From Methylovulum sp. (GTDB lineage Bacteria; Pseudomonadota; Gammaproteobacteria; Methylococcales; Methylomonadaceae): a stretch of DNA of 41,946 nucleotides. This document shows, in pieces, positions 28,191-38,468 of this stretch. Positions within the stretch are counted from its first letter, which is position 1. Each line of letters starts with the position of its first letter. The translations under genes were made by a program, and so were the position numbers. The notes beneath the pieces were generated by a model, which saw only the letters and a program-made list of their open reading frames with translations, had not been told where the DNA came from and did no database searches. The stretch is taken from assembly GCA_030689765.1 (NCBI GenBank), contig JAUYEP010000375.1, positions 1-41,946 on the forward strand, given 5' to 3'.

Positions 28191-28223
28191 TCCGCCCTTC
28201 ATTTATTTGTAGTGGAGAGATTG

Positions 28224-28736
28224 TTGAGTATCCTAACTATTCTCGAGTTTCCGGATGACCGTTTGCGCAAAAAAGCCGCCGCAGTCAGAACGGTCGATGA
28301 TAAAACTAAAAAATTAATCGATGATATGCTTGAAACCATGTACCAAGCCAAAGGTGTGGGCTTGGCGGCGACCCAGGTCAATATCCAGCAGCGGGTTATT
28401 GTCATTGATATCAGCGAAGAAAAAAATGCCCCCCTTTGTCTGGTTAATCCTGAAATTATTGAAAAAGACGGGATTAAAGAATCGGAAGAAGGCTGTCTTT
28501 CCGTGCCAGGTTTTTATGAAAAAATAAAACGCGGCGAACATATTCGGGTGAAAGCGTTGAACAGAAAAGGACAGCCATTTGAATTTGAAGCGAACGATCT
28601 ATTGGCGGTGTGCGTACAGCATGAAATGGATCATTTAGAAGGAAAATTATTCGTCGATTATCTGTCGTCTTTAAAACGCCAGCGTATTAAAACCAAGCTG
28701 CAAAAAATTCATAAAATGGAAAAAAGTGGATCATGA
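28224..28736 (+). CDS. def: Peptide deformylase
   Basis: [23 protein letters not shown] start at 28224 after SD GGAG. Confidence 0.98.
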   Translation: MSILTILEFPDDRLRKKAAAVRTVDDKTKKLIDDMLETMYQAKGVGLAATQVNIQQRVIVIDISEEKNAPLCLVNPEIIEKDGIKESEEGCLSVPGFYEKIKRGEHIRVKALNRKGQPFEFEANDLLAVCVQHEMDHLEGKLFVDYLSSLKRQRIKTKLQKIHKMEKSGS

Positions 28737-29656
28737 AGATTATTTTTACCGGTACACCCGCATTTGCCGTACCCAGTTTGCAAATGTTGCTGGATTCAAA
28801 CCACCAAATCTGCGCCGTTTATACGCAACCTGACCGACCTGCGGGCAGAGGACGGCACTTACATCCAAGCCCGGTTAAAGAACTGGCATTAAGCGCTGGT
28901 ATACCAGTCTTACAACCGCTTACTCTAAAAAGTGATGAAGGACTCCAGCAAATAAAAGCATTCAATGCCGACCTCATCGTCGTTGTCGCTTACGGCATGA
29001 TTTTGTCGCAGCCTGTGTTGGATGCACCAAAACTGGGCTGTATTAATGTCCACGGCTCATTATTGCCGCGCTGGCGCGGTGCTGCGCCGATTCAACGCGC
29101 CTTGATGGCAGGCGATGAAAAAACCGGCATTACGGTGATGCAAATAGTACGCAAACTGGATGCCGGTGACATGTTGCATAAAGAAGAATACCTGTTGGGC
29201 GCAAACGATACCTCCAGCATTGTCCATGATAAATTAGCCGGACTTGGTGCAATCGGGTTAGCTAAAGTATTGGCACAGCTCGAAGCAGGGGTGGTACACG
29301 CAGAGCCGCAAAATGAAGCGCTGGTGACTTACGCCGAAAAACTCGATAAAAGCGAAGCGGTGATCGACTGGACACAGCCTGCCGTACACATCGCAAGAAA
29401 AGTCAAGGGATTGAACCCATGGCCCGTTGCACAAACGCTTTATCGAGGCGGGGTACTGCGTATCTGGCAGGCAGAAGCGATTGATGCCGATATGGCTTTG
29501 GCGCCAGGCCAAGTGCGCTGCATCCATAAAAATTTGGATGTCGGCACCGGAGCTGGCCTATTGCGGCTGCATGAAGTGCAAATGCCGGGCGGCAAGCGCA
29601 TGACCGTGGACGCTTTTTTGAATGCCCATGATGTTGGCGGGGTAAACTTAAGTTGA
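28733..29656 (+). CDS. fmt: Methionyl-tRNA formyltransferase
   Basis: [33 protein letters not shown]; ATGA overlap with def. Confidence 0.98.
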   Translation: MKIIFTGTPAFAVPSLQMLLDSNHQICAVYTQPDRPAGRGRHLHPSPVKELALSAGIPVLQPLTLKSDEGLQQIKAFNADLIVVVAYGMILSQPVLDAPKLGCINVHGSLLPRWRGAAPIQRALMAGDEKTGITVMQIVRKLDAGDMLHKEEYLLGANDTSSIVHDKLAGLGAIGLAKVLAQLEAGVVHAEPQNEALVTYAEKLDKSEAVIDWTQPAVHIARKVKGLNPWPVAQTLYRGGVLRIWQAEAIDADMALAPGQVRCIHKNLDVGTGAGLLRLHEVQMPGGKRMTVDAFLNAHDVGGVNLS

Positions 29657-30945
29657 GCATCAACACACGGTTAATTGCTGCGCGTGTCTTAACCCAGGTT
29701 TTACAAAATGGACAATCATTAACAACTGCACTGGAAAATGCGCTGCAAACCGTAGAGTCCGGCAAAGACCAAGCCTTCATACAAGCGCTATGCTACGGTG
29801 TTTGCAGGCACTATCATCGGCTGGACTTTATCTTAAACGAGCTATTGGACAAGCCGCTAAAAGACATAAACATCAAGGCACTGGCATTAGTGGGTGTGTA
29901 CCAGCTTAACTTTATGCGGGTAAAACCCCATGCCGCCGTCTCTGAAACAGTATTCGCCGCGCGTAAAAAACCGTGGGCCAAGTCGCTGGTTAACGCGCTA
30001 TTAAGGTCTTATCTGCGTGAACGCGAGATGCTTGAGCTAAAAGCCGATCAAATAGCCTCTGCCGCAACCAGTCATCCCGACTGGCTAATCCAGTTAATAA
30101 CTCAGGATTGGCCTGAACAGGCGCAAGCCATCCTCCTCGAAAATAACCGGCAACCGCCTATGGCGCTACGCGTCAATCTTGCAAAAACAGACACCGCACA
30201 ATATTTGCAGAAACTAAGCGGGCAAGGCCTTGTTGCTACGACGGTTGATTTCTGTGGATCTGCGCTGATACTCGATAAACCAGTGGCGGTTGGGTTGTTG
30301 CCTGGCTTTGCAGAGGGCTGGGTTTCGGTTCAGGATACCGCCGCACAATTAGCTGCAGGCTTGCTGGATGCCCAGGCCGGACAACGTGTTTTGGATGTCT
30401 GTGCAGCACCCGGCGGCAAAACGGCACATCTGCTTGAACAACAACCGCTGCTTAAAGAATTGGTTGCCGTCGATAATGACGCCTCCAGAATGCAGCGCGT
30501 CAACGAAAATTTACAACGCCTGCAGTTATCCGCAACGCTGATCGTAGGCGATGGTGCAAATCCCGGGGACTGGTGGGATGGCCAACAGTTTGACCGGATT
30601 TTACTGGATGCGCCGTGTTCAGCGCTCGGCGTCATACGCCGTCACCCTGATATAAAACTGCTGCGCCGCGCCGAAGATATTGAACCGTTACAGCGCTTAC
30701 AAAGCAATATCCTAGCCGCAATCTGGCCGTTACTGGCTTCCGGCGGGTTATTGGTTTATGCAACATGTTCTATTTTAAAACAAGAAAACGAATTGCAAAT
30801 CCAAACGTTTCTGGCACAGCATCCTGATGCTGTTGAACATCCCATTTCGGCAAATTGGGGAACCGCAGGCAACATCGGGCGCCAGATTTTAACCGGTGAC
30901 TTTGCAATGGACGGTTTTTATTATGCCCGCCTGCGTAAACTATAA
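29653..30945 (+). CDS. rsmB: 16S rRNA m5C967 methyltransferase
   Basis: N-terminal NusB-like domain, DVCAAPGGKT, LDAPCSALG, YATCS, DGFYYA. Confidence 0.97.
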   Translation: MSINTRLIAARVLTQVLQNGQSLTTALENALQTVESGKDQAFIQALCYGVCRHYHRLDFILNELLDKPLKDINIKALALVGVYQLNFMRVKPHAAVSETVFAARKKPWAKSLVNALLRSYLREREMLELKADQIASAATSHPDWLIQLITQDWPEQAQAILLENNRQPPMALRVNLAKTDTAQYLQKLSGQGLVATTVDFCGSALILDKPVAVGLLPGFAEGWVSVQDTAAQLAAGLLDAQAGQRVLDVCAAPGGKTAHLLEQQPLLKELVAVDNDASRMQRVNENLQRLQLSATLIVGDGANPGDWWDGQQFDRILLDAPCSALGVIRRHPDIKLLRRAEDIEPLQRLQSNILAAIWPLLASGGLLVYATCSILKQENELQIQTFLAQHPDAVEHPISANWGTAGNIGRQILTGDFAMDGFYYARLRKL

Positions 30946-31510
30946 AGCGTGTTTTATGCTGTTTTTTTTGACCCTATGCCTTCTGGCTTGGCTATCGCCC
31001 ATGGTTGCCCAAGCTGAAAACTACTCCGCTGAAGTCAAAACTGCCAACATGACGAGACAGGGCGACCGATATGCCTTGTCTGCCGACATTATCTACCGGT
31101 TAAGCCCAAAAGCCCTGGAAGCCTTGCAAAACGGCGTACCGTTGTTCTGGATCGTGCGCATTAAAACACAGCAAGCCCGCAATTTCTTTTGGAATAAAAC
31201 CTTGGCTGAAACCTCGCTGCGTTACCGGCTGCAATACCACGCGTTATTGAATATGTACCGTGTCAGAAACGAAGGCACTGATGACATGCACAATTTTTCA
31301 ACGCTAGCCGGGGCATTGGATTCGATGTCGACATTGCGGGATTTGCCCCTTATCAATGAAAATGCCGTTGCACTGGATCATGAACTGACCGTCGAATTGA
31401 AAATAGTTTTCGATCGTGACGCATTGCCTTTGCCACTTCGTCCGGTTGCCTACATGAACCGGCAATGGTATTTATCCAGCGACTGGACGGTATGGCATCT
31501 GAAAAAATAA
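30923..31510 (+). CDS. DUF4390-family periplasmic protein
   Basis: Signal peptide ending AQA; ALQNGVPL, YRLQYHAL, LPLPLRP; typical position between rsmB and the ntrY-like kinase. Start uncertain (30923 or 30956). Confidence 0.8.
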   Translation: MPACVNYKACFMLFFLTLCLLAWLSPMVAQAENYSAEVKTANMTRQGDRYALSADIIYRLSPKALEALQNGVPLFWIVRIKTQQARNFFWNKTLAETSLRYRLQYHALLNMYRVRNEGTDDMHNFSTLAGALDSMSTLRDLPLINENAVALDHELTVELKIVFDRDALPLPLRPVAYMNRQWYLSSDWTVWHLKK

Positions 31511-33696
31511 CCCCCCCCTTTAATCCGTCTGTTTTCATCCTGTTCGGATTAATTCTGCTGTCCTTACAGCTAATGAGTTCAGCAACGCAAGAATCGTCAG
31601 AATTGGGCGAGCTCTATTCATGGCTGTTGCTGATCAATGCGTTGGGTTCTATCGTTTTGTTGGGTCTGGTCGGCGCCAATATTATTGCGCTGACCCGGCA
31701 ATTTAAAAAACGCGAAGCCGGTTCCAGACTCACCATCCGAATGGTGTCCCTGTTCGTTGTATTGGCTTTGGCACCGGCCTCGATTGTGTTTTATTTTTCG
31801 ATGCAATTTTTACATCAAGGCATCGACAGCTGGTTTAATGTCGAAATAGACCGTGCGATGGAAGATTCGCTGGAACTCAGCCAAGCCTCGTTAGATCAGC
31901 GCATGCGCTGGCATTTGAAACAAACACAACAGTTGGCGGCAACATTGGAGCTGACCTCGGCCAATCTGATCACATTGGAAATAGAAAACCTGCGCGAACT
32001 ATCGGATGCCTTTGAAATGACCCTGTTTTCACGCCCAGGAAAGATCATTGCCTCCAGCAGTGTCAACCCCAGCGATATTTTGCCCAGCCTGCCAGACGAG
32101 ACTATCTGGCTGCAGCTACGGCAAAACAAAGACTATGTGGCATTAACCCCGGCCCATGAAAACGAACTGATGATACGCGCGATAGTCCCCGTTAAAGCAC
32201 AGGAGCCCTACTATTTACAGGCCTTGTACCCAGTGCCGGTAAGGATTGCCGATTTGGCCGATTCCGTGGAATTTGCCTTTGTGCGTTATCAGGAAATGAA
32301 TTTTTTAAGGCACTCATTAAAGTTGAGTTTCTCATTGGCCTTGTCGCTGGTGTTGTTAATGAGTTTGCTGGCGGCGATCTGGGTTGCCTTCATTAGCATC
32401 CGGCACATTATCGCGCCAGTAAAGGAATTGGTTAAAGGCACACAAGCCGTAGCTTCAGGGCATTATGACCAGTTTGTGCCGGTTATTGCACAGGACGACT
32501 TGGGCTTTCTAGTAGAATCGTTCAATGACATGACGCAACGGATAGCCAAGGCAAGGAATGAATCCAAAATGGCGGGGGTCGAAATAGAAAATCAACGCGC
32601 TTATCTGGAAACCATCCTGGCAAATTTGACGGCAGGCGTCATCAGCTTTGATGCGGCGTACAAAATTCGCACGGCCAATCAAGCCGCTTACCGGATTTTT
32701 CGCATTCAGGTCAATCATTTTATTGGGCGAACCCTATTGCAACTCGCCGAAAGCTCGACTGAGCTGGCGGAGCCACTCAAATTCGTGCAGCACTTGCTGG
32801 AACAATCCGATGATATTTGGGAACAACGCATCGCTTTTTTGGGGCCTAATGGTCGCCAGGAATTATTATGCCGGGGCACGCCGCTGTTTTCCCAGGAAGG
32901 CTTGCGTGTTGGCGCCGTTGTGGTTTTTGATGATGTCACCGATTTAATCCAGGCACAGAAAAATGCCGCATGGGGCGAAGTCGCAAGACGCCTCGCGCAT
33001 GAAATTAAAAATCCGCTGACACCCATCCAGCTTTCCGCCGAACGTTTGCAACATAAATTGGCCGATAAACTCGACCCCACAGATTCGGCTATCCTGCAAC
33101 GCTCAACCAAAACTATCGTGCAGCAGGTTGAAGCAATGAAAGAAATGGTCGATGATTTTTCTGAATACGCCAAACCCTCTAAAAAACAATCCGTAGCCGT
33201 TGATTTATCGGCGTTGGTTAGGGAAGTGCTGGCACTTTATGTATTAAAATCAGGGGTAAAATTTAAAGCGGTTTATGGTCCGGGGGTGCTGATGGTTAAC
33301 GGCGATCCGGTCAGTATCAGGCAAGTGCTGCATAATCTGATCAAAAATGCGCTGGAGGCGATAGAATCGAAAGGCTTAATTGAAATTAAGCTGCATCGGG
33401 TACAAAAAAATGACACTGATTTTATCGAAATCGCATTATATGACGACGGGCCCGGCATCAAAGAGGAACAGCTTGAAAAGATTTTTGAACCCTATGTCAC
33501 CACCAAAGCCAAAGGCACAGGTTTGGGTTTGGCTATTGTAAAAAAAATAATTGAAGAGCATGGCGGCGCAATATGGGTCGACACCAGCCGACGGCTGCCA
33601 GGAACGGCGGAAGTGCCGCAACCGGCAGGGAACCAATGCGACAAAATAGGCGCTGGCTTTATACTTCAGCTCCCGGCGCATAATGTTAAAACTTAA
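31492..33696 (+). CDS. ntrY: NtrY-like sensor histidine kinase (HAMP-PAS-HisKA-HATPase)
   Basis: GSRLT, SWF, HAMP, AWGEVARRLAHEIKNPLTPIQLSAERL, NLIKNA, DDGPG, PYVTTKAKGTGLGL. Confidence 0.9.
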   Translation: MASEKITPPFNPSVFILFGLILLSLQLMSSATQESSELGELYSWLLLINALGSIVLLGLVGANIIALTRQFKKREAGSRLTIRMVSLFVVLALAPASIVFYFSMQFLHQGIDSWFNVEIDRAMEDSLELSQASLDQRMRWHLKQTQQLAATLELTSANLITLEIENLRELSDAFEMTLFSRPGKIIASSSVNPSDILPSLPDETIWLQLRQNKDYVALTPAHENELMIRAIVPVKAQEPYYLQALYPVPVRIADLADSVEFAFVRYQEMNFLRHSLKLSFSLALSLVLLMSLLAAIWVAFISIRHIIAPVKELVKGTQAVASGHYDQFVPVIAQDDLGFLVESFNDMTQRIAKARNESKMAGVEIENQRAYLETILANLTAGVISFDAAYKIRTANQAAYRIFRIQVNHFIGRTLLQLAESSTELAEPLKFVQHLLEQSDDIWEQRIAFLGPNGRQELLCRGTPLFSQEGLRVGAVVVFDDVTDLIQAQKNAAWGEVARRLAHEIKNPLTPIQLSAERLQHKLADKLDPTDSAILQRSTKTIVQQVEAMKEMVDDFSEYAKPSKKQSVAVDLSALVREVLALYVLKSGVKFKAVYGPGVLMVNGDPVSIRQVLHNLIKNALEAIESKGLIEIKLHRVQKNDTDFIEIALYDDGPGIKEEQLEKIFEPYVTTKAKGTGLGLAIVKKIIEEHGGAIWVDTSRRLPGTAEVPQPAGNQCDKIGAGFILQLPAHNVKT

Positions 33697-35066
33697 TGGT
33701 AATAATGAATACACACACACAACGGCTCCTGGTCGTAGACGATGAGCCGGATATTCGCCGCTTAGTCAGCGAAATTCTCGAAGATGAAGGTTATCAAGTC
33801 GCCATGGCGGAAAATGCCTGCGCCGCCCGGGAATTAAAAAAATCAACCCACCCTGACCTGATCCTGCTCGACATATGGATGCCTGATACTGATGGCATTA
33901 CTCTGTTGAAAGAGTGGATTGCAGAAGATGCCCTGCTCTGCCCGGTAATCATGATGTCGGGGCACGGCTCGGTGGAAACGGCTGTTGAAGCCACCCGGCT
34001 TGGCGCTTATGACTTTCTTGAAAAGCCTTTATCGCTGGCAAAACTGCTACTTGTGGTAGAGCGTGCATTGGAAGCGGGTAGTCTACAGATTGAAAATTCC
34101 GGGCTCAGACAACAACTGATTGCGGATATAGAGCCTGTCGGCAAGAGCGCCACCGTTGCCAGGACCAAAGACCAGTTAAAACGGCTGGCGCAACATGATG
34201 CACGCGTGCTGTTCGTTGGTGAGGCCGGTGTCGGCAAAGGACTGTATGCGCGTTATCTGCATAATAACAGTTCCCATCGGGAAGGGCCTTTTATCGATGT
34301 TGCCGTCGGCAGCATTGCGCCGGAAAATTCTGCAGTAGAATTTTTTGGCAAGGAATGTGGCGGTAAAATTTACCTTGGGCTTTTAGAACGGGCACATAAA
34401 GGAACTTTGTTTTTAGGCGAAATTGGCGGCATGGATAAGGAAACCCAATTAAGACTGTTAAGCGCCTTGGAATCGAGCTCTTTCCTGCGCGTAGGCGGTA
34501 GTGAAGCCGTGTACGTTGACGTTCGAATCATCGCATCAACGCGGATCCCGCTGGATGAAGAAGTTAAGTCCGGGCTCTTTCGACAGGATTTATATTATTT
34601 GCTAAATGAAGTGACCCTCGATATCCAGCCGCTTAGAAACCATAGCGAAGACGTGCCTGCATTATTGAGTTTTTATGTGGATTACTTTGTCAACCAGGAC
34701 AAATTGGCTTTTCGGCGATTTTCGATGGCCGCGCAAAATTTTTTACGCAACTATAGCTGGCGCGGCAATGTGCGTGAATTAAAAAACCTGGTGCAACGGT
34801 TGATGATTCTAGGCGTTGGCGAAGACATTGAGCTGGAAGAAGTAAAATCAGCGTTGGGCTCTGTTGTAAGCGATATGGGGCCATCCTCGTCAGTCCCCGA
34901 CTTTTTTAACCTGCCCCTTAAAGAGGCGCGGGATCATTTTGAAAAAGCGTATTTGGAATATCATTTTGAACGTACCGGCGGCAGCGTCGCTAAATTATCA
35001 GCGGCAGTAGGCATCGAACGCACTCACCTTTACCGTAAATTACATTCTTTAAATATAAAGCTGTAA
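33696..35066 (+). CDS. ntrX: NtrX-like response regulator (REC-AAA+-Fis HTH) lacking GAFTGA
   Basis: REC LLDIWMPD, MMSGHG, FLEKP; Walker A GEAGVGK; WRGNVRELKN; HTH ERTHLYRKL. TAATG overlap with ntrY. Confidence 0.88.
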   Translation: MVIMNTHTQRLLVVDDEPDIRRLVSEILEDEGYQVAMAENACAARELKKSTHPDLILLDIWMPDTDGITLLKEWIAEDALLCPVIMMSGHGSVETAVEATRLGAYDFLEKPLSLAKLLLVVERALEAGSLQIENSGLRQQLIADIEPVGKSATVARTKDQLKRLAQHDARVLFVGEAGVGKGLYARYLHNNSSHREGPFIDVAVGSIAPENSAVEFFGKECGGKIYLGLLERAHKGTLFLGEIGGMDKETQLRLLSALESSSFLRVGGSEAVYVDVRIIASTRIPLDEEVKSGLFRQDLYYLLNEVTLDIQPLRNHSEDVPALLSFYVDYFVNQDKLAFRRFSMAAQNFLRNYSWRGNVRELKNLVQRLMILGVGEDIELEEVKSALGSVVSDMGPSSSVPDFFNLPLKEARDHFEKAYLEYHFERTGGSVAKLSAAVGIERTHLYRKLHSLNIKL

Positions 35067-35099
35067 TGAAAATAAGTCGGTATGAACTGTAAATAAATA

Positions 35100-35127
35100 T
35101 TGAAAAACAAGCGATGTTTAGTATAAT
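35100..35127 (+). promoter_or_regulatory. Putative sigma70 promoter of rplM-rpsI
   Basis: TTGAAA (35100-35105), 16-bp spacer, TATAAT (35122-35127). Confidence 0.65.
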
Positions 35128-35183
35128 TCTCGCTCTTTTATTGAGCCTTTACCAAAAGACGCATTTACAGAAAAACGATAACG

Positions 35184-35612
35184 ATGAAAACATTTAGTGC
35201 AAAACCAGCAGAAGTTAAGCGTGATTGGTACGTAGTTGATGCAGAAGGCAAGACGCTAGGCCGCCTTGCTTCTGAAATCGCACGTCGTCTGCGCGGAAAA
35301 CATAAACCAGAATACACGCCGCACGTTGATACCGGTGATTACATTATTGTAGTGAATGCAGAGAAAATAGGCGTTACCGGCAATAAAGAAAAGGACAAGT
35401 TATATCAACATCATACGGGATACGTCGGTAACCTTAAAACTGTCACTTTAGGCAAACTAAGAAAAACATTCCCTGACCGCATACTTAATACTGCTGTTAA
35501 AGGCATGTTACCCAACAATCCATTAGGTCGTACAATGTTCAAGAAATTGAAAGTCTATGCAGGATCTGAACATGACCATCAGGCCCAACAGCCAAAAGTT
35601 TTAGAATTATAA
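35184..35612 (+). CDS. rplM: 50S ribosomal protein L13
   Basis: MKTFSAKP...LGRLAS...[15 protein letters not shown]; 142 aa. Confidence 0.99.
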   Translation: MKTFSAKPAEVKRDWYVVDAEGKTLGRLASEIARRLRGKHKPEYTPHVDTGDYIIVVNAEKIGVTGNKEKDKLYQHHTGYVGNLKTVTLGKLRKTFPDRILNTAVKGMLPNNPLGRTMFKKLKVYAGSEHDHQAQQPKVLEL

Positions 35613-35623
35613 GCGAGTAAACC

Positions 35624-36016
35624 ATGGCAGCAGCTCAGTATTACGGAACAGGCCGTCGTAAAAGCGCAATAGCACGCGTTTACGCAACAAAAGGCACAGG
35701 AAAAATCATTATCAACGCGAAAGCTATTGAGGATTATTTTGGTCGCAAAACCGATCAGATGGTTTCTCGTCAACCGCTAGAATGTGTTGATATGGAAGGC
35801 ACATTCGATATCAACGTGATAGTTAAAGGCGGCGGCCCTTCCGGTCAGGCTGGCGCCATTCGCCACGGCTTAACGCGTGCATTGATGGAATACGATGAAA
35901 CATTACGTCCAGCGCTTAGGAAAGCCGGTTTTGTTACCCGCGATTCACGTATTGTAGAGCGTAAGAAAGTTGGCTTGCATAAAGCTAGAAAACGTCCGCA
36001 ATACTCAAAACGTTGA
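35624..36016 (+). CDS. rpsI: 30S ribosomal protein S9
   Basis: [21 protein letters not shown]-terminal PQYSKR. Confidence 0.99.
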   Translation: MAAAQYYGTGRRKSAIARVYATKGTGKIIINAKAIEDYFGRKTDQMVSRQPLECVDMEGTFDINVIVKGGGPSGQAGAIRHGLTRALMEYDETLRPALRKAGFVTRDSRIVERKKVGLHKARKRPQYSKR

Positions 36017-36048
36017 TGCTTTAAGCCTGAACTATTGGCAAAGAAATC

Positions 36049-36083
36049 AAAAGGGTTGCATTTCGAAATGCAACCCTTTTTTT
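36049..36083 (+). terminator. Rho-independent terminator after rpsI
   Basis: AAAAGGGTTGCATTT-CG-AAATGCAACCCTTTT followed by further Ts. Confidence 0.9.
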
Positions 36084-36228
36084 ATGGCCTATGCTAAACA
36101 TAACACCCTAGTTACAAAGGATATACATGCCCAGAATACGCCATAAAATTAACCATCAGAATTCGAAAAATGATTTTTTTCATCAGCAATGTTAGAATTC
36201 ATTCACACTAACTAAGCAGATTTAACGG

Positions 36229-36975
36229 ATGTCGACAGACTTTCAAAAAACGCCTCATGCCGTCCCCGCACTGGAATTCAAGAGCAGTAGCTTTTCTGTA
36301 CCTGTCCTGGTTTTATCGGGTAATGACTTGACAGCCATCGATCACCAACTGCAAAAAAAAATCCAGCTCGCACCTGAGTTTTTTAAAAATTCGCCCATAG
36401 TATTTGACGTGCAGGATCTAAACAAACAAGATCTCGATATCGATATTGCAGAACTTACCGGCATCTTATACAAAGCTGGCCTGCTGCCAATAGGGATACG
36501 CGGCGGCAATGAGCTTCAGAACAATAAGGCATTAGAACTCCTGATCCCCATTTATTCCCAACACCATAGCGTATCTACGGAGAGCTTGCCTAAAGAAAAG
36601 AATAAACCGGAAACACAAAAAGTCCCGTCCGCTGAACCCAAAACTGAATCGTCAACAACACTGATTACACATCCTGTCCGCTCAGGGCAACGCATTTATT
36701 CAACAGGTGATTTGATTATCTTGGCTCAGGTCAGTGCGGGGGCTGAAATTTTGGCCGAGGGCAATGTTCATGTATACAATACCTTAAGGGGACGAGTTCT
36801 GGCAGGCGTGCTCGGCAATGAAGAGGCGCGCATTTTTTGCTCCGATTTACAGGCCGAACTTATTTCAATTGCCGGCAACTACAAAGTCAGCGAAGACCTG
36901 AATGAATCTATCCGCAACAAACCCGTTCAAGTCTATTTACAAGAACATACTTTAATTATTAAAGATATTGTCTGA
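36229..36975 (+). CDS. minC: Septum site-determining protein MinC
   Basis: APEFF, PVRSGQRIY, GAEILAEGNVHVY, LRGR, AELISIAG. Confidence 0.96.
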   Translation: MSTDFQKTPHAVPALEFKSSSFSVPVLVLSGNDLTAIDHQLQKKIQLAPEFFKNSPIVFDVQDLNKQDLDIDIAELTGILYKAGLLPIGIRGGNELQNNKALELLIPIYSQHHSVSTESLPKEKNKPETQKVPSAEPKTESSTTLITHPVRSGQRIYSTGDLIILAQVSAGAEILAEGNVHVYNTLRGRVLAGVLGNEEARIFCSDLQAELISIAGNYKVSEDLNESIRNKPVQVYLQEHTLIIKDIV

Positions 36976-36995
36976 ACATCACCTGGAGGAAACAA

Positions 36996-37805
36996 GTGGC
37001 AAGAATAATCGTCGTAACATCCGGCAAAGGAGGCGTGGGCAAAACAACAACCAGTGCCGCCATTGCCATGGGACTTGCAAAAAAAGGTCACAAAACTGCG
37101 GTGATTGACTTTGATGTGGGACTGCGGAATCTTGACCTGATTATGGGCTGTGAGCGGCGCGTCGTTTATGATTTTGTCAATGTCATCAATGGTGAAGCCT
37201 CCCTTAATCAAGCGCTAATCAGGGATAAACACTGCGATCTGCTTTACATTCTCCCTGCCTCGCAAACAAGGGATAAAGATTCCTTGACCCAAGAAGGCGT
37301 GGGTAAAATTTTAGAGGATTTGTCCAAGGATTTTAAATACATTGTCTGTGATTCGCCAGCGGGCATTGAAAAGGGCGCCCATTTGGCGATGTATTTTGCT
37401 GATGATGCCTTTGTTGTCACCAACCCTGAAGTTTCTTCAGTAAGGGACTCTGATCGAATGCTAGGTTTGTTGTCCAGCAAATCACGCCGGGCAGAGCAAA
37501 ATGAAGAACCGATTAAAGAATACTTATTGCTTTCGCGCTACTCGCCTGACCGTGTAAAATTGGGCGAAATGTTGAGCGTAGACGATGTGCAAGAAATTTT
37601 ATCCCTGCATTTGCTCGGTGTCATTCCAGAATCTAAATCCGTACTGAATGCTTCAAATTCCGGCACACCCGTTATTCTCGACGAGAAAAGCGATGCAGGC
37701 CAGGCTTATGCGGATATCGTGGCCCGTTATTTGGGTGAAGACAAACCCCATCGTTTTATAGATGAAAAAAAAGGACTTTTTGGAAAATTTTTCGGGAGTA
37801 AATAA
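36996..37805 (+). CDS. minD: Septum site-determining ATPase MinD
   Basis: SGKGGVGKTT, DFDVGLRNLD, DSPAGIE, C-terminal membrane-targeting helix GLFGKFFG; GTG start after SD GGAGG. Confidence 0.99.
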   Translation: MARIIVVTSGKGGVGKTTTSAAIAMGLAKKGHKTAVIDFDVGLRNLDLIMGCERRVVYDFVNVINGEASLNQALIRDKHCDLLYILPASQTRDKDSLTQEGVGKILEDLSKDFKYIVCDSPAGIEKGAHLAMYFADDAFVVTNPEVSSVRDSDRMLGLLSSKSRRAEQNEEPIKEYLLLSRYSPDRVKLGEMLSVDDVQEILSLHLLGVIPESKSVLNASNSGTPVILDEKSDAGQAYADIVARYLGEDKPHRFIDEKKGLFGKFFGSK

Positions 37806-38071
37806 TGAATTTACTGGATTATTTTAGGGCCTCAAAAGTCGGTTCAGCGTCTGTCGCAAAAGAAAGGTTGCAGATACTGGTTGCCCATGAGCGCTCATCC
37901 CGAAACCAGCCCTCTTATCTTCCTCAATTACAGCGGGAATTACTGGAAGTTATCAAAAAATACATTAACGTAGACCAAGAAGCCATATCATTTAATTTTG
38001 AACAAGATGACAATCAGGAAACATTGGAATTAAATATTGTCTTGCCTGATTATCACCCAAAAAACATTTAA
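37805..38071 (+). CDS. minE: Cell division topological specificity factor MinE
   Basis: SASVAKERLQILVAHER, LELNIVLP. Confidence 0.98.
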   Translation: MNLLDYFRASKVGSASVAKERLQILVAHERSSRNQPSYLPQLQRELLEVIKKYINVDQEAISFNFEQDDNQETLELNIVLPDYHPKNI

Positions 38072-38116
38072 CTACTTTTCAATTAACTTTCTTAAACAAC
38101 GACAAAGGTGACTAAT

Positions 38117-38314
38117 ATGCTTGATTTAATCGGTGATGCTGCAGGAAAAGTCTGGGAATATCTGGATAAAAACGGCCCCTCCAGCGTAACTAAAATTACG
38201 ACTGATACAGGAGTTTCTAAAAATGATATGCAGCGGGCGATAGGCTGGCTGTCTAAAGAGGACAAATTAGTCGTTGAAATGAAAGGCCGCACCGAAACCT
38301 TATCATTAAAATAA
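38117..38314 (+). CDS. Small winged-helix protein (DUF2582-like)
   Basis: IGDAAGKVWEYL...AIGWLSKEDKL pattern; 65 aa; SD AAGG upstream of ATG 38117. Confidence 0.8.
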   Translation: MLDLIGDAAGKVWEYLDKNGPSSVTKITTDTGVSKNDMQRAIGWLSKEDKLVVEMKGRTETLSLK

Positions 38315-38385
38315 CCCGCAAGAAGGCTAGCCCAAGGCTCAAGATTGGAAAAATGACTCAAGTTTTTTTGCAATCGCACCGCCTG

Positions 38386-38433
38386 AAAACAAAAAATCTG
38401 ACAGCCACCGCTAACTAGCATTAACTGTCAGAT
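38386..38433 (-). terminator. Rho-independent terminator downstream of rpe
   Basis: Minus-strand stem ATCTGACAG...CTGTCAGAT (38433-38396), extendable with G-U pairs, followed by TTTTTGTTTT. Confidence 0.6.
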
Positions 38434-38468
38434 ATTAAATATAAATTTAGCCAAATGGCTGTCAAGGA

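Noticed and set aside
35128-35183. Possible L13 autoregulatory leader
   Set aside because: Short UTR with no convincing structure visible.
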